Source: an uncultured Actinomycetes bacterium (lineage in GTDB: Bacteria > Actinomycetota > Thermoleophilia > Solirubrobacterales > Solirubrobacteraceae). Taken from it: a DNA stretch of 64,000 bases. The stretch covers positions 3,109-67,108 of the forward strand of contig CAVSMB010000003.1 of NCBI GenBank assembly GCA_963728925.1. The letters run 5' to 3'. The position numbers were made by a program, and so were the translations under genes. The notes under the pieces were generated by a model. The model was given only the letters and a program-made list of their open reading frames with translations. It ran no database searches and was not told the DNA's origin. Below, piece after piece: positions 43,856-53,950 of this stretch (the stretch's first letter is position 1; every line of letters begins with the position of its first letter).

Positions 43856-44631
43856 TGGCACGTGGGCCCCTGGGTGGTCGGGATCTCGCGCGCGCGGCCC
43901 GCCGCGATCGAGTAGGACACGGCATCGGCCCGGTCGGGCACGTCGATGCTCTTGTCGTTCACGCGAACGACGACCGACCCGTTGCCCACCGTGAGGGTGA
44001 AGCGCTTGGAGCGGAAGGTCCTCGACGGCTGGCCCGGGGTGAGGTTCTGGCCGTTGACCACGGGCCGGTCGCGTGCGTCGACGAGGCACGCGAAGACGAC
44101 GCCGGTGGGGACGAGCTTGACGCGGACCACGCGGCGTGCGGCCGCCCGCTCGCGCGCCGCCTTGGCACGGCGCTTCTCGCGCTTGCGCGCGGCGCGCTCC
44201 TGCTTCGCGTTGGTCTCGGTCGTCTGCGCGGGCGTGGTGGTCCGGTCGTCGCCCTGCATCCCGATGATCGCGAAGAGCACGAGCAGGGCGACGATGATGG
44301 CGGCGACGATCCACCCGCGCGGCACCCGCGGCGGGCGCGGCGACTTGCGACGGGCGTCGAGGTGCGGGGTGATCGGAAGCTGGTCGAGGTCGGAGGGGCG
44401 CTCGTGCTGGCGCTTGTACTCCTCGAGCAGCAGCGTGACGTCGAGGCCCAGGTACTCCGCGTAGGTCCGCAGGAAGCTCTTGACGTAGGTGGGGCCGGGC
44501 AGCAGGTCCCACTCCTCGTTCTCGAGCGCCCGCAGGTACTTCGCGCGGATCTTCGTCGCCGACTCGACCTCGGGGATGTCGATCTTCGCCCGCATGCGCG
44601 CGTCGCGCAGGGTGATGCCGATGTCGGCCAT
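43852..44631 (-). CDS. RodZ-like protein (HTH domain, TM segment and DUF4115)
   Basis: [57 protein letters not shown], a single TM helix, and a C-terminal beta domain. Confidence 0.8.
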   Translation of the reverse strand: MADIGITLRDARMRAKIDIPEVESATKIRAKYLRALENEEWDLLPGPTYVKSFLRTYAEYLGLDVTLLLEEYKRQHERPSDLDQLPITPHLDARRKSPRPPRVPRGWIVAAIIVALLVLFAIIGMQGDDRTTTPAQTTETNAKQERAARKREKRRAKAARERAAARRVVRVKLVPTGVVFACLVDARDRPVVNGQNLTPGQPSRTFRSKRFTLTVGNGSVVVRVNDKSIDVPDRADAVSYSIAAGRAREIPTTQGPTCQ

Positions 44632-44676
44632 CGCCGGCCTAGGCTACCGAGCGCAATTCGCGCTGCCGGGAGGCGC

Positions 44677-47226
44677 TCACTCGGGCTCGTCGACGCCCAC
44701 GGGCTCGGCCTCGGACGCCCGCGCCGGGCGGCCCGCGCCGCGCTCGGCGAGGTTCGCGAGTACCCGCGGGACGTCGGCCTCGGTGATGAGGACCTGCCGT
44801 GGCTTGGACCCCTCGTAGCCCGAGATCACGCCCCGCCGCTCCAGCATGTCGATGAGCCGGCCCGCGCGCGTGTAGCCCAGCCGCAGCCGGCGCTGGAGCA
44901 TCGAGGTGGACGCCGTCTGCATCTCGGCGACGAGCCGGATCGCGTCGTCGAGAAGCGGGTCCTCGTCGGGGTCCATGCCGTCCTCGTCCCCTCCAAGCCC
45001 GTCGTCCTCGCTCTCGACCTCCTCCAGCAGCTCCTCGCGGAAGTCCGGCTCGCCCTGGCGACGCCAGAAGTCGGTGAGCTTCTCGATCTGGGCCTCGTCG
45101 ATGTACGCGCCCTGGATGCGCTGCAGGCGCGAGGTGCCGATGGGCGAGAAGAGCATGTCGCCCTGGCCGAGCAGCGACTCGGCGCCGTTCTGGTCGAGGA
45201 TGACCCGCGAATCGGTCTGCGAGGAGACCGCGAAGGCGATCCGCGAGGGGACGTTGGCCTTGATCATGCCGGTGATGACGTCAACGCGCGGGCTCTGGGT
45301 CGCGAGCACCAGGTGGATGCCCACTGCGCGCGCCTTCTGGGCGAGGCGGATGATCGAGTCCTCGACCTCGGCGGGCGCGACCATCATCAGGTCGGCGAGC
45401 TCGTCGATGACGCACAGGACGTAGGGCAGCGGCGCCTCGCCGCGTCGCTCGCGCGCGCGGTTGAGCTCGGGCAGGCTGCGCGTGCGGGCCAGCGACATCA
45501 TCCCGTAGCGCTCCTCCATCTCCTTCACGAGGTTGGCAAGCGCGTTGGCGGCCTTGCGCGGGCTCGTGATGACCGGGGTGATGAGGTGCGGGATCGACTC
45601 GTAGTGGTTGAGCTCGACCTGCTTGGGGTCGACGAGGACGAGGCGCATATCACGCGGCGTTGCGCGCAGGAGGATGCTCGAGAGCATCGCGTTGATGCAG
45701 CCCGACTTGCCCGCGCCGGTGGTGCCCGCGACGAGGATGTGCGGCATCTTCGTGAGGTCGGCCCCTATCGCCCGCCCGGCGACGTCCTTGCCCAGCCACA
45801 CCCCGAGCGGCGAGTAGTCCTCGGGCGGGTCCTGCCACACATCGCCGAGGTGCACGATGCGCCTCCGCGCGTTGGGAACCTCCACCCCGACCGCCTGCTT
45901 GCCGGGGATCGGGGCGAGAATGCGGATATCGGTCGCGGCCAGCGCGTAGGCGAGGTCGTCCTTGAGATTGGCGACCTTGGCCATCTTGACCCCGGGCGAG
46001 AGGCGCAGCTCGTAGCGCGTGATGTGCGGGCCGGCGACCGTGCCGACGACCGTCGCGTCGACCCCGAAGTGGCCGAGTCCCTCCAGCAGCTGAGCCGCGG
46101 TGCGGGCCTGACCCGACGTGTCCGGGCGCGCCGCCTCGCCCCTGGACCGGGTGAGCAGCCGCGGGTTCGGCACCTTCCAGACGAAGTCCTCCGCGTCGGT
46201 CACCGAGGCGCGGTAGCGGCCCTGAGGGGTCAGCGCCATCTGCTCGGGCTGGGCGGCGGGGCCGGCGGGGGCCGCCTCGAGCTCGGGGACTTCCCCGGCG
46301 TGGGCCGTGCCGCCGGCGGGCGCGTCCTCGCCGGCCGGCTCGGCGTCGCCGGAGAGGGCGATGGTGGGCTTCTCGCCGGTCCCCGGGTCGTCGCCGGAGA
46401 GGGCGACGGTCGCCTCCTCGCCGGCGGCGGGGTCGTCGTCGCCGTAGAGGTCGGGGTAGCGGTCGCGCCCGTCGAGCGATGGCGCCTCGACGTGGGTGGC
46501 CCGCACCACGAGCTCAGCGGTGTCGAGGTCGGGCGGCTCGAGCCCCTCGTCGCCGTCGTCCGCCTCCGCGCGACGCCCGCGCTCGGCGCGGCGCAGGGCG
46601 GCGAGAGCGGGTGACGAGCGCCGCAGGCGGCGCGAGGTGCTCACCACGTGCGATCCCGTCGCATTGACCGCGCTCGCGACGGTCGCGCCGGTCAGCAGCA
46701 GCGCGCCGACCGCGAAGAGGAAGGCGGCGAGGATGTGGGTTCCCGTCGTTCCCAGGAGCGAGGACGCCGCCCAGTAGAGACCCTCCCCCACCGCGCCCGA
46801 ACGCACCCGGAAGACGTCGGGGTCGAAGGCGCTCACGCGAACCGGGTCGTGGGGCCCGAGCCCCAGCGTTCCCGCCGCCAGGGCGAGCGCCATGGCGGCC
46901 GCGACGCACAGCACCCCGGTGCGCAACGGGCGGCGGGCCGGGAGCACGGGTCGCAGCGCGATGAGCGTCCCGGCCGCCACCAGGGCGGCCGGGACGACGT
47001 AGGCGAGCACGCCGAGCAGCCAGCTCAGCCCTTCGTGCAGGCCGTCGCCCGCCCGCCCGCCGGCCCAGCCCAGGTAGAGCACGCAGGCGAGGAAGATCCC
47101 CAGCGCGACGAGTCCCAACCCGATGACGTCGAGCTGGCGCTGCTCGAGCACGGGCAGGCGCAGCGCAAGCGCCGTGGAGAGGCGCTCTCGGACTCCGGAA
47201 CGTGCGGGCTTGCGTGGGCGCGCCAT
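44677..47226 (-). CDS. ftsK: DNA translocase FtsK/SpoIIIE
   Basis: N-terminal TM domain, a Pro/Gly/Asp-rich linker, motor domain VAGTTGAGKSGCINAM...CVIDELADLMM, and a gamma winged-helix domain (MLQRRLRLGYTRAGRLID). Confidence 0.95.
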   Translation of the reverse strand: MARPRKPARSGVRERLSTALALRLPVLEQRQLDVIGLGLVALGIFLACVLYLGWAGGRAGDGLHEGLSWLLGVLAYVVPAALVAAGTLIALRPVLPARRPLRTGVLCVAAAMALALAAGTLGLGPHDPVRVSAFDPDVFRVRSGAVGEGLYWAASSLLGTTGTHILAAFLFAVGALLLTGATVASAVNATGSHVVSTSRRLRRSSPALAALRRAERGRRAEADDGDEGLEPPDLDTAELVVRATHVEAPSLDGRDRYPDLYGDDDPAAGEEATVALSGDDPGTGEKPTIALSGDAEPAGEDAPAGGTAHAGEVPELEAAPAGPAAQPEQMALTPQGRYRASVTDAEDFVWKVPNPRLLTRSRGEAARPDTSGQARTAAQLLEGLGHFGVDATVVGTVAGPHITRYELRLSPGVKMAKVANLKDDLAYALAATDIRILAPIPGKQAVGVEVPNARRRIVHLGDVWQDPPEDYSPLGVWLGKDVAGRAIGADLTKMPHILVAGTTGAGKSGCINAMLSSILLRATPRDMRLVLVDPKQVELNHYESIPHLITPVITSPRKAANALANLVKEMEERYGMMSLARTRSLPELNRARERRGEAPLPYVLCVIDELADLMMVAPAEVEDSIIRLAQKARAVGIHLVLATQSPRVDVITGMIKANVPSRIAFAVSSQTDSRVILDQNGAESLLGQGDMLFSPIGTSRLQRIQGAYIDEAQIEKLTDFWRRQGEPDFREELLEEVESEDDGLGGDEDGMDPDEDPLLDDAIRLVAEMQTASTSMLQRRLRLGYTRAGRLIDMLERRGVISGYEGSKPRQVLITEADVPRVLANLAERGAGRPARASEAEPVGVDEPE

Positions 47227-47291
47227 GGGCTGGCTCGTCGAGCGTCCTTCGACGCCCGGCCGTCCTCCCCTCCCCCCGGTACGATCGCGGC

Positions 47292-47981
47292 GTGGACGTC
47301 TCCTACGACCGCCCGCCGCGCGTGCTCGTCGTCGAGGACGACGAGGACATCGCGCTGGTCGTGCAGCGCATGCTGCGCGCCGAGGGCTACGAGACCCGGG
47401 TGGCCGCCGACGGCGACGCCGCGCTCGAGGACGCGCGCGGCTTCCTCCCCGACCTCGTGATCCTCGACCTCGGCCTCCCCGGCCGCGACGGCATCGAGGT
47501 GGCCCGCGAGCTGCGCGGCCGCGACGACACGCCGATCCTCATCCTCACGGCCCGCGACGCCGTGGAGTCGCGCGTCGAGGGGCTCGACAGCGGGGCCGAC
47601 GACTACCTCGTCAAGCCCTTCGACCGCCAGGAGCTGCTGGCCCGTCTGCGGGCGATGCTGCGCCGCCGCCCGCCGCGCGGGTCCGCGCCGCTGCAGGTGG
47701 GCGACCTGAGCCTCAACCCCGACACCCACGAGGTGCGCCGCCAGGAGCGCGCGGTCGATTTAACCCAGCGTGAGTTCGAGCTGCTGGAGTACCTCATGCG
47801 CAACGAGCGGATCGTCATCTCGCGTCAGCGCCTCCTCGACGAGGTGTGGGGCTATGACCCCTTCTCCATGACGAACACGATCGAGGTGTTCGTGTCCAAT
47901 CTTCGACGGAAGCTGGAAGCCGGTGGCGAGCCGCGACTCCTCCACACGATCCGCGGCGCGGGCTACGTTCTCCGCGCTTAG
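47292..47981 (+). CDS. OmpR-family response regulator
   Basis: RVLVVEDDEDIA...DLVILDLGLPGRDG...DDYLVKPF, with winged helix LTQREFELLEYLM...IRGAGYVL. GTG 47292 within track ORF 47202..47981. Confidence 0.9.
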   Translation: MDVSYDRPPRVLVVEDDEDIALVVQRMLRAEGYETRVAADGDAALEDARGFLPDLVILDLGLPGRDGIEVARELRGRDDTPILILTARDAVESRVEGLDSGADDYLVKPFDRQELLARLRAMLRRRPPRGSAPLQVGDLSLNPDTHEVRRQERAVDLTQREFELLEYLMRNERIVISRQRLLDEVWGYDPFSMTNTIEVFVSNLRRKLEAGGEPRLLHTIRGAGYVLRA

Positions 47982-49434
47982 GCGCCCGCGGGTCCCGGTC
48001 CCGCGACTGCCCAAGCCGCTCGACCGCCTGCCCATCCGGCTGCGGCTGGCCGTCGTGTCGGCGGGGCTCACGCTGGTCATCCTGCTCGCCTTCGCGCTCG
48101 TGGTGGGCACGCTGACCACGCGACGCATCCGCGGCGACTTCAATTCAGACGTGCGCAGCGGCGCCGACAAGGTCGCCCGCTACGTCCCACTGACCCAGGT
48201 CAACCGCGAGGCGAGATGCGAAGGTCGGCCCGACCGCCTCGGGGCCAATGCGGTGGTTCGCGTGGTCACCCTCGACGGCACCTACGTCTGTGGGGAGAAG
48301 TCGATCGACTTCGGCCCGCCAACGCCGGAGGCGGTACAACGCTCCGGCTACCGGGTCGAGTCCCGCTTCCTGCGGTCGATCGACCAGCCCGGCCTCACCG
48401 CGTGGTTGCAGTTCGCCCGGCCGGTGTCCGACGTCAACGAGACGATCAGCCGCGTCCGCTTCCTGCTCGCTCTCGGGGTGCTCGGCGGCGCCGCGCTCGC
48501 CTTCCTCGCCGGCCTGGCCATCGGGCGGCGCGCGATGGCGCCGATCGCCGAGCTCACCGCCACCGCCCGCGACATCGAGCGCACGCGCGACCCGTCCCTC
48601 TCGGTCCCCCACCCGCGGGCCGACGACGAGGTCGCCGAGCTCGCGCGCACGCTCGAGGGGATGCTCGGGGCGCTGGACGCCTCGCGCTCGGACACCGAGG
48701 CGATGCTCGGCCGCCAGCGCGAGTTCGTCGCCGACGCGTCGCACGAGCTGCGCACCCCGTTGACCAGCGTGCTGGCCAACCTCGAGCTGCTGACCGAGCA
48801 GCTCGAAGGCGAGGAGGAGGAGGCTGCGGCCTCCGCCCTGCGCTCCGCGCAGCGCATGCGCCGCCTGGTGGCGGACCTGCTGCTGCTCGCGCGGGCGGAC
48901 GCCGGCCGCTCCGCCCGCCACGTGGCGGTCGACCTGGGCGACGTGCTCGTCGAGGCCGCCGCCGAGCTCGAGCCGGTCGCCGTCGACCACCGGCTGTCCC
49001 TCGACCCGGCACCGGCCCCTGTCGCCGGCGCGCGCGACGAGCTTCACCGCCTGGCGCTGAACCTCTTGGAGAACGCCGTTCGCCACACGCCGCCGGGCAC
49101 GCGCGTGCGCGCGCGTACCGGCGTGCAGGACCGCGACGCAGTGCTCGAGGTGACCGACGACGGTCCGGGGGTCCCGCCAGCCCTCGCGCCGCGCATCTTC
49201 GAGCGCTTCGTGCGTGGCGGCGGCGAGCGCGCGGGCAGCTCGGGCCTGGGGCTGGCGATCGTGCGGTCGGTCGCCGAGGCGCACGCCGGCACTGTGACCC
49301 TCGACGCACCCGTCGCGGGCGAGGGCGCGCGCTTCGTCGTGCGGCTGCCAGCCCTAGCGGGCCAGAGCGGAGCAGACCCCCGCTTCGAAGACGGACCGCA
49401 GGAGCTTGAAGGTCTTGGGTCGGACCTCCGCTGA
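47923..49434 (+). CDS. sensor histidine kinase (HAMP-HisKA-HATPase_c); start uncertain
   Basis: H-box FVADASHELRTPLTSV, N-box LLENAVRHTP and G-boxes DDGPGVP / GSSGLGLAIV. The annotated ATG overlaps the regulator gene by 59 nt, and the tail overlaps the convergent hydrolase gene by 81 nt. Confidence 0.85.
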   Translation: MASRDSSTRSAARATFSALRRPRVPVPRLPKPLDRLPIRLRLAVVSAGLTLVILLAFALVVGTLTTRRIRGDFNSDVRSGADKVARYVPLTQVNREARCEGRPDRLGANAVVRVVTLDGTYVCGEKSIDFGPPTPEAVQRSGYRVESRFLRSIDQPGLTAWLQFARPVSDVNETISRVRFLLALGVLGGAALAFLAGLAIGRRAMAPIAELTATARDIERTRDPSLSVPHPRADDEVAELARTLEGMLGALDASRSDTEAMLGRQREFVADASHELRTPLTSVLANLELLTEQLEGEEEEAAASALRSAQRMRRLVADLLLLARADAGRSARHVAVDLGDVLVEAAAELEPVAVDHRLSLDPAPAPVAGARDELHRLALNLLENAVRHTPPGTRVRARTGVQDRDAVLEVTDDGPGVPPALAPRIFERFVRGGGERAGSSGLGLAIVRSVAEAHAGTVTLDAPVAGEGARFVVRLPALAGQSGADPRFEDGPQELEGLGSDLR

Positions 49435-50514
49435 GAGCTGGGTGTTGGCCGAGACGACGATCGAGCGGGTTCCGTCGGCCGTCGCTGCGATGAACTGGGT
49501 ATAGCCGAAGATGTTGCCTGTGTGCCCGTACACGACGCCGCAGCGGGTCGTGTAGCGGAATATCGCCAGGCCGGCGTCGGTCCGGCCGGGACCCGGCGGC
49601 TCCGAGAAGCCCGGGACCCAGCGCCGCTGCGCCGCGCGCGTCGAGGGCTTCAGGAAGCGCGGGCCGGCGTAGGCCCGGATAAAGCGCGCGAAGTCGTCCT
49701 GGGTCGTCACCTCACCACCGGCCGCCCACAGATAGTCGGCGTTGACGACCTCGGAGAGGTCCTCGCGCTTGCCCTTCGAGGGCGCGTCGTAGCCGGTCAC
49801 GAACGGCGTGGGCTGCCGGTAACCCGTCGGCAGCGAGGTGTTGCGCATCCTCAGCGGGTCGAACACGCGCGCGGAGAGCTCGTCGCGCAGGGTGAGGCCG
49901 GTGGCCGCCTCGATCATCAGGCCGCCGACGATGTTGTCGGTGTTGCGGTAGTCGTAGCGCGAGCCCGCGGTGAAGTCGAGCGGCGCGTTCCCGAGCCAGG
50001 TGACGAGCTGCAGCGGCGCGACCGGCGCCCTGGGCCGGTTGATCAGCGCGTCGATGATCTCCTGCGACGCGGTGTACTCCGGCAGGCCGCTGCGGTGCTG
50101 GAGGAGCTGGGCGAGCGTGATCCGCCCCCACGCGGCGGGCAGCGCGGGGAGCAGCTCGCCGATCGTGTCGTCGAGCGAGAGCACGCCGGCGTCGACGAGC
50201 CTGAGCGCAGCGGCGCCCATCATCGCCTTGCCGGTCGACGCGGTGCGCAGGTGGTCGGACGGGCGAAACCGCCGGCCGGTTCGCAGGCTCGCCACGCCGC
50301 GGGTGAGAAAGCGCCTGCCCGAACCACGCTGGACGAGGGCGGCGACGCCCGGCGGGCCGTCGGCGTCGCGCACGACCCGCGCCAGCGCCGCGTCCAGCGC
50401 CGCGTCGGCCTTGGGCCGTGACGGCGGCGAGGCGGCCGGTGCGGAAGGGGCGAGCGCGGCGAGGCCGAGGGCGGCGCAGGCCGCGACCAGGACGGAGCGG
50501 CGGCTGGAGGACAT
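49354..50514 (-). CDS. secreted serine hydrolase (beta-lactamase / D-Ala-D-Ala carboxypeptidase family)
   Basis: Signal peptide MSSSRRSVLVAACAALGLAALAPSAPA, SxxK motif ASTGKAM and YRNTDN (YxN). Confidence 0.85.
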   Translation of the reverse strand: MSSSRRSVLVAACAALGLAALAPSAPAASPPSRPKADAALDAALARVVRDADGPPGVAALVQRGSGRRFLTRGVASLRTGRRFRPSDHLRTASTGKAMMGAAALRLVDAGVLSLDDTIGELLPALPAAWGRITLAQLLQHRSGLPEYTASQEIIDALINRPRAPVAPLQLVTWLGNAPLDFTAGSRYDYRNTDNIVGGLMIEAATGLTLRDELSARVFDPLRMRNTSLPTGYRQPTPFVTGYDAPSKGKREDLSEVVNADYLWAAGGEVTTQDDFARFIRAYAGPRFLKPSTRAAQRRWVPGFSEPPGPGRTDAGLAIFRYTTRCGVVYGHTGNIFGYTQFIAATADGTRSIVVSANTQLSAEVRPKTFKLLRSVFEAGVCSALAR

Positions 50515-50637
50515 GGCGAGCGAGCCTATAGCGGTCGCTGCGGGATCTGCGGGAACCCGGCGCGAGACCGCGCGTGGCCGCGCCGAGAGCCAGTGGGGGC
50601 GCGGGCGAGGCGCCGGCGGGGGCCGCCGGGGCGAGCT

Positions 50638-52302
50638 CTAGACCTCGACGACGACCGGCAGCACCATCGGCCGGCGGCGCAGGCGCTCGTAGACGAAGGC
50701 GGCGAGGTCGTCGTGCAGGAGCTCCTGGAGGAGGTCGATCTCGCGCACCTCCTCGCGCGCTGCGCGCTCGAGCGACTGCTCGACCGCGGTGCGGATCTCG
50801 TCGAGCATGCCGTCGCCGTCCTGGAGGAAGGGCACGCCGCGCAGGATGACCTCGGGGTCCACCACCGACTGCCCGGACTGCTCGGAGATCGTCGCGACGA
50901 CGATGAAGATGCCATCCGCGCTGAGCATCCGGCGGTCGCGCAGGGCGACGTCGGCGGGGTCGCCGATGTCGACCCCGTCGACGAAGATCATCCCGGACTG
51001 CTCGCGCTCGCGCCAGCGCGCGCCGCGCTCGTCGATCTCGAGCGGCAGGCCGTTCTCGCCCCGGAAGATCGCGTCGGGCTCGACGCCGACCGCCTCGGCG
51101 AGCTGGGCGTGCAGGCGGATGCGCCGGTGGTCGCCGTGGAAGGGGAAGACGTACCGCGGCCGCGTGAGGTTGAGCATCATCTTCAGCTCGTCGGCGTACC
51201 CGTGGCCGGAGGCGTGGACGGGCGCGTCGCGGGTCGTGACGACGTCGCAGCCGATGAACGAGAGGCGGTCGATCGTCTCGTTGACCGCGCGCTCGTTGCC
51301 CGGGATCGCCGTGGCCGAGAAGACCACCGTGTCGCCCGAGTGCAGCTCGACGACGGGGTGATCGCGGTGCGCCATGCGACGCAGAGCCGAGAGCGGCTCG
51401 CCCTGGGAGCCCGTCGAGATGATCACGAGCCGCTCGTCGGGGAAGTCGTCGATCTCGCGCGGCGCGACGAGCATCCCCTCGGGCACGTCGATGTGCCCCA
51501 GCGAGCGGCCGATGTTCACGTTCTTACGCATCGAGCGACCGACCAGCGAGACCTTGCGCCCGAGCGCCGCGGCGGCGTCGACGGCTTGCTGGACGCGGTG
51601 GATGTTGGAGGCGAAGCACGTGACGACGATGCGCCCGTCGCAGCGCGCGAAGACCTCCTCGAGGTGGGGCCCGACACCCGACTCCGAGGGCGAGGTGCCC
51701 GGGCGGTCCGCGTTGGTCGAGTCGCCGCAGAGCACGAGCAGGCCCTCGCCCCCGAGCTCGGCCAGGCGGGCGAAGTCGGCCGGCTGGCCGTCGACCGGGG
51801 TCTGGTCGAACTTGTAGTCGCCCGTGACGAGCGCCGTGCCGAGCGGCGTGTGCAGCGCGACCGCGGACGCGTCGGGGATCGAGTGCGTCATGTGAACGAG
51901 CTCGATCCCGAAGGGCCCCACGTCGACGCGCTCGCCCGAGCCGAGCGACTCGAGGGCCACGTCGCGCAGCTTGTGCTCGTCGAGCTTGGAGCGCGCCATG
52001 GCCATGGTCAGGGCGCCGCCGTAGACGACCGGCACCTTGTCCTGGCCCAGCTCGCGCAGCACCCAGGGCAGGGCGCCGAGGTGGTCCTCGTGGCCGTGGG
52101 TGACGACGATCGCCTCGATGTCGTCGGCGCGCTCACGCAGATAGGCGAAGTCGGGCAGGACCAGGTCGATGCCGAGCATGTCGGCGGTCGGGAAGCGCAG
52201 CCCGACGTCGACCACGACGATCCGGCCGTCGAGCTCGAAGACCGTCATGTTCTTGCCGATCTCCCCGATCCCGCCGAGCGGGAGGATGCGCAGCGGGGTC
52301 AC
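50638..52302 (-). CDS. rnj: ribonuclease J
   Basis: LRILPLGGIGEIGKNMT...VVTHGHEDHLGALP (metallo-beta-lactamase/beta-CASP). GTG 52302 overlaps the dapA stop. Confidence 0.93.
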   Translation of the reverse strand: MTPLRILPLGGIGEIGKNMTVFELDGRIVVVDVGLRFPTADMLGIDLVLPDFAYLRERADDIEAIVVTHGHEDHLGALPWVLRELGQDKVPVVYGGALTMAMARSKLDEHKLRDVALESLGSGERVDVGPFGIELVHMTHSIPDASAVALHTPLGTALVTGDYKFDQTPVDGQPADFARLAELGGEGLLVLCGDSTNADRPGTSPSESGVGPHLEEVFARCDGRIVVTCFASNIHRVQQAVDAAAALGRKVSLVGRSMRKNVNIGRSLGHIDVPEGMLVAPREIDDFPDERLVIISTGSQGEPLSALRRMAHRDHPVVELHSGDTVVFSATAIPGNERAVNETIDRLSFIGCDVVTTRDAPVHASGHGYADELKMMLNLTRPRYVFPFHGDHRRIRLHAQLAEAVGVEPDAIFRGENGLPLEIDERGARWREREQSGMIFVDGVDIGDPADVALRDRRMLSADGIFIVVATISEQSGQSVVDPEVILRGVPFLQDGDGMLDEIRTAVEQSLERAAREEVREIDLLQELLHDDLAAFVYERLRRRPMVLPVVVEV

Positions 52303-53159
52303 GCGGCGGCGGGACGCAACAGCCCGTGGCGCTCGAGCACCTCTCGCACCTGGGCCTTCTCGCCCTCGGCGGCCTCGACGATCGGCAGGCGCACGCCCCC
52401 GACCTCGACGCCGAGCAGGTTGAGCGCAGCCTTGGTGCACGCCGGGCTGGCGGTGAGGAACAGCACGCGGTAGACGTCCTGGAGCGAGGCGTCGATCTCC
52501 GCGCGCCGCTCGGGGTCGTCGACCATGTGACGCATCTGCTCCCCCACGACGTGGCTGGCGACGAGGATCCCGCCCGCGCCGCCCAGGTCGAGCGTGCGGG
52601 CCAGGGAGGCGTCGTTGCCGGCGTAGAGGTCGAGGCCGTCGATCGGCGCGAGGTCGTCGTCGTTGGCCTGCTTGACCGCTTCGACACCGTCGATCTGGGC
52701 GAGCTCGGAGAGCAGCTCCGGCGGCATGTTGGTGCCGGTGCGCTGCGGGATGTTGTAGAGCACGACCGGCTTGTCGGTCGCGCGCGCCACCTCGGTGAAG
52801 TGGGCCACGATCCCGCGCGGGCTCGGACGGTTGTAGTACGGCGTGACCGAGAGGATCGCGTCGGCGCCCAGCTCGGTGGCCCGCTCGGTGAGGTGGACGG
52901 CGTGGCGGGTGGCGTTGGACCCGGCCCCCGCGACGACCGTCGCGTGGTCGCCGACCTCGCGGACGGCCAGCTCGATGAGGCCGAGCTGCTCCTCGTCTGA
53001 GAGCGTCGGCGCCTCGCCGGTCGTCCCGCACACCACGAGCCCGTCGGAGCCGTGCTCGAGCAGATGGTGCATGAGCCGCACGGCAGCCTCGTCGTCCACG
53101 CGCCCGTCTGCGTCGAACGGGGTGACCATCGCGGTCAGGATGGCGCCGAGCCCGGCCAT
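52299..53159 (-). CDS. dapA: 4-hydroxy-tetrahydrodipicolinate synthase
   Basis: AILTAMVTPFDADGRVD...VVCGTTGEAPTLS...TPYYNRPS...LYNIPQRTG...GVEAVKQA (active-site Lys). Confidence 0.93.
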   Translation of the reverse strand: MAGLGAILTAMVTPFDADGRVDDEAAVRLMHHLLEHGSDGLVVCGTTGEAPTLSDEEQLGLIELAVREVGDHATVVAGAGSNATRHAVHLTERATELGADAILSVTPYYNRPSPRGIVAHFTEVARATDKPVVLYNIPQRTGTNMPPELLSELAQIDGVEAVKQANDDDLAPIDGLDLYAGNDASLARTLDLGGAGGILVASHVVGEQMRHMVDDPERRAEIDASLQDVYRVLFLTASPACTKAALNLLGVEVGGVRLPIVEAAEGEKAQVREVLERHGLLRPAAA

Positions 53160-53893
53160 GGCGTGGAGGGTAGCCGACCGCCCCGACGCCGGGCCTGGCG
53201 GCCGGCCCCCGGTGACGGGCCACCCGCACCCAGCCGGTGCAGGCCCCACGCCAGCAGGGCGAGCAGCGCGAGGGTGATGGCGAGGACGGCGCCGTAGGCG
53301 AGCGCGGCGAGGCCCGCAGGGGCGGTCTTCTGCTCGCGCTGCAGGATCTCGTGGTCGGCGACGAAGGGGCGCGTGAAGGACGCAGGCGCCGCAACGCCCT
53401 TCGCGGGGATCGCGGGGTCGTCGGGCAGGTAGAGCGGGACGGCGGTGAGCGAGCGGCCGTGGTGCAGGCGGATGAGCGTCTTCCAGCTTCCGTGCACCGG
53501 GACGGGCTCGGGCGTGCGGTAGACGCCCGGTCCGACGCGCTGCAGGCGGTCGACGACCAGGCCGCCGCCCCGCCAGGCGGTGGCGGTGAGCCACTCGGCG
53601 CCCTGCGCGGCGTCGCGCGGGGTCAGCCTGACGGTCGCCGTCGCCGTGCGGTCCGGGCCGGCCGTCGCGTCGTCCAGGGTCACGGCGGCGCGCACGCCGC
53701 GGTCGGAGGGCTTGTCGAGCGCGAACCCGGCCAGCGCGGCGATGGCGACGGCGGCGCGCGGAATCGAGCCGCCGGCGCGCGGGTCGGTGCGCAGCCGCGT
53801 CCCGATCCAGGCGCCGAGCACACCGGCGGCGATGGCCATCGGGATCGCGAGCAGCGCCTCGGGGAAGAGCGCGGCCGGCCACGGGATCGGCAT
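53135..53893 (-). CDS. membrane protein of unknown function, probably the 3' part of a larger 5'-deleted gene
   Basis: Coherent coding (VPVGLAAEWAWSHVFMPIPWPAALFPEALLAIPMAIAAG...) extends up to ~53945, where it collides with an oppositely oriented gene remnant. ATG 53893 is the first usable start. A C-terminal TM helix is present. Confidence 0.5.
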   Translation of the reverse strand: MPIPWPAALFPEALLAIPMAIAAGVLGAWIGTRLRTDPRAGGSIPRAAVAIAALAGFALDKPSDRGVRAAVTLDDATAGPDRTATATVRLTPRDAAQGAEWLTATAWRGGGLVVDRLQRVGPGVYRTPEPVPVHGSWKTLIRLHHGRSLTAVPLYLPDDPAIPAKGVAAPASFTRPFVADHEILQREQKTAPAGLAALAYGAVLAITLALLALLAWGLHRLGAGGPSPGAGRQARRRGGRLPSTPWPGSAPS

Positions 53894-53950
53894 GAAGACG
53901 TGCGACCACGCCCATTCGGCGGCGAGGCCGACGGGTACGGCAAGGGCCGG

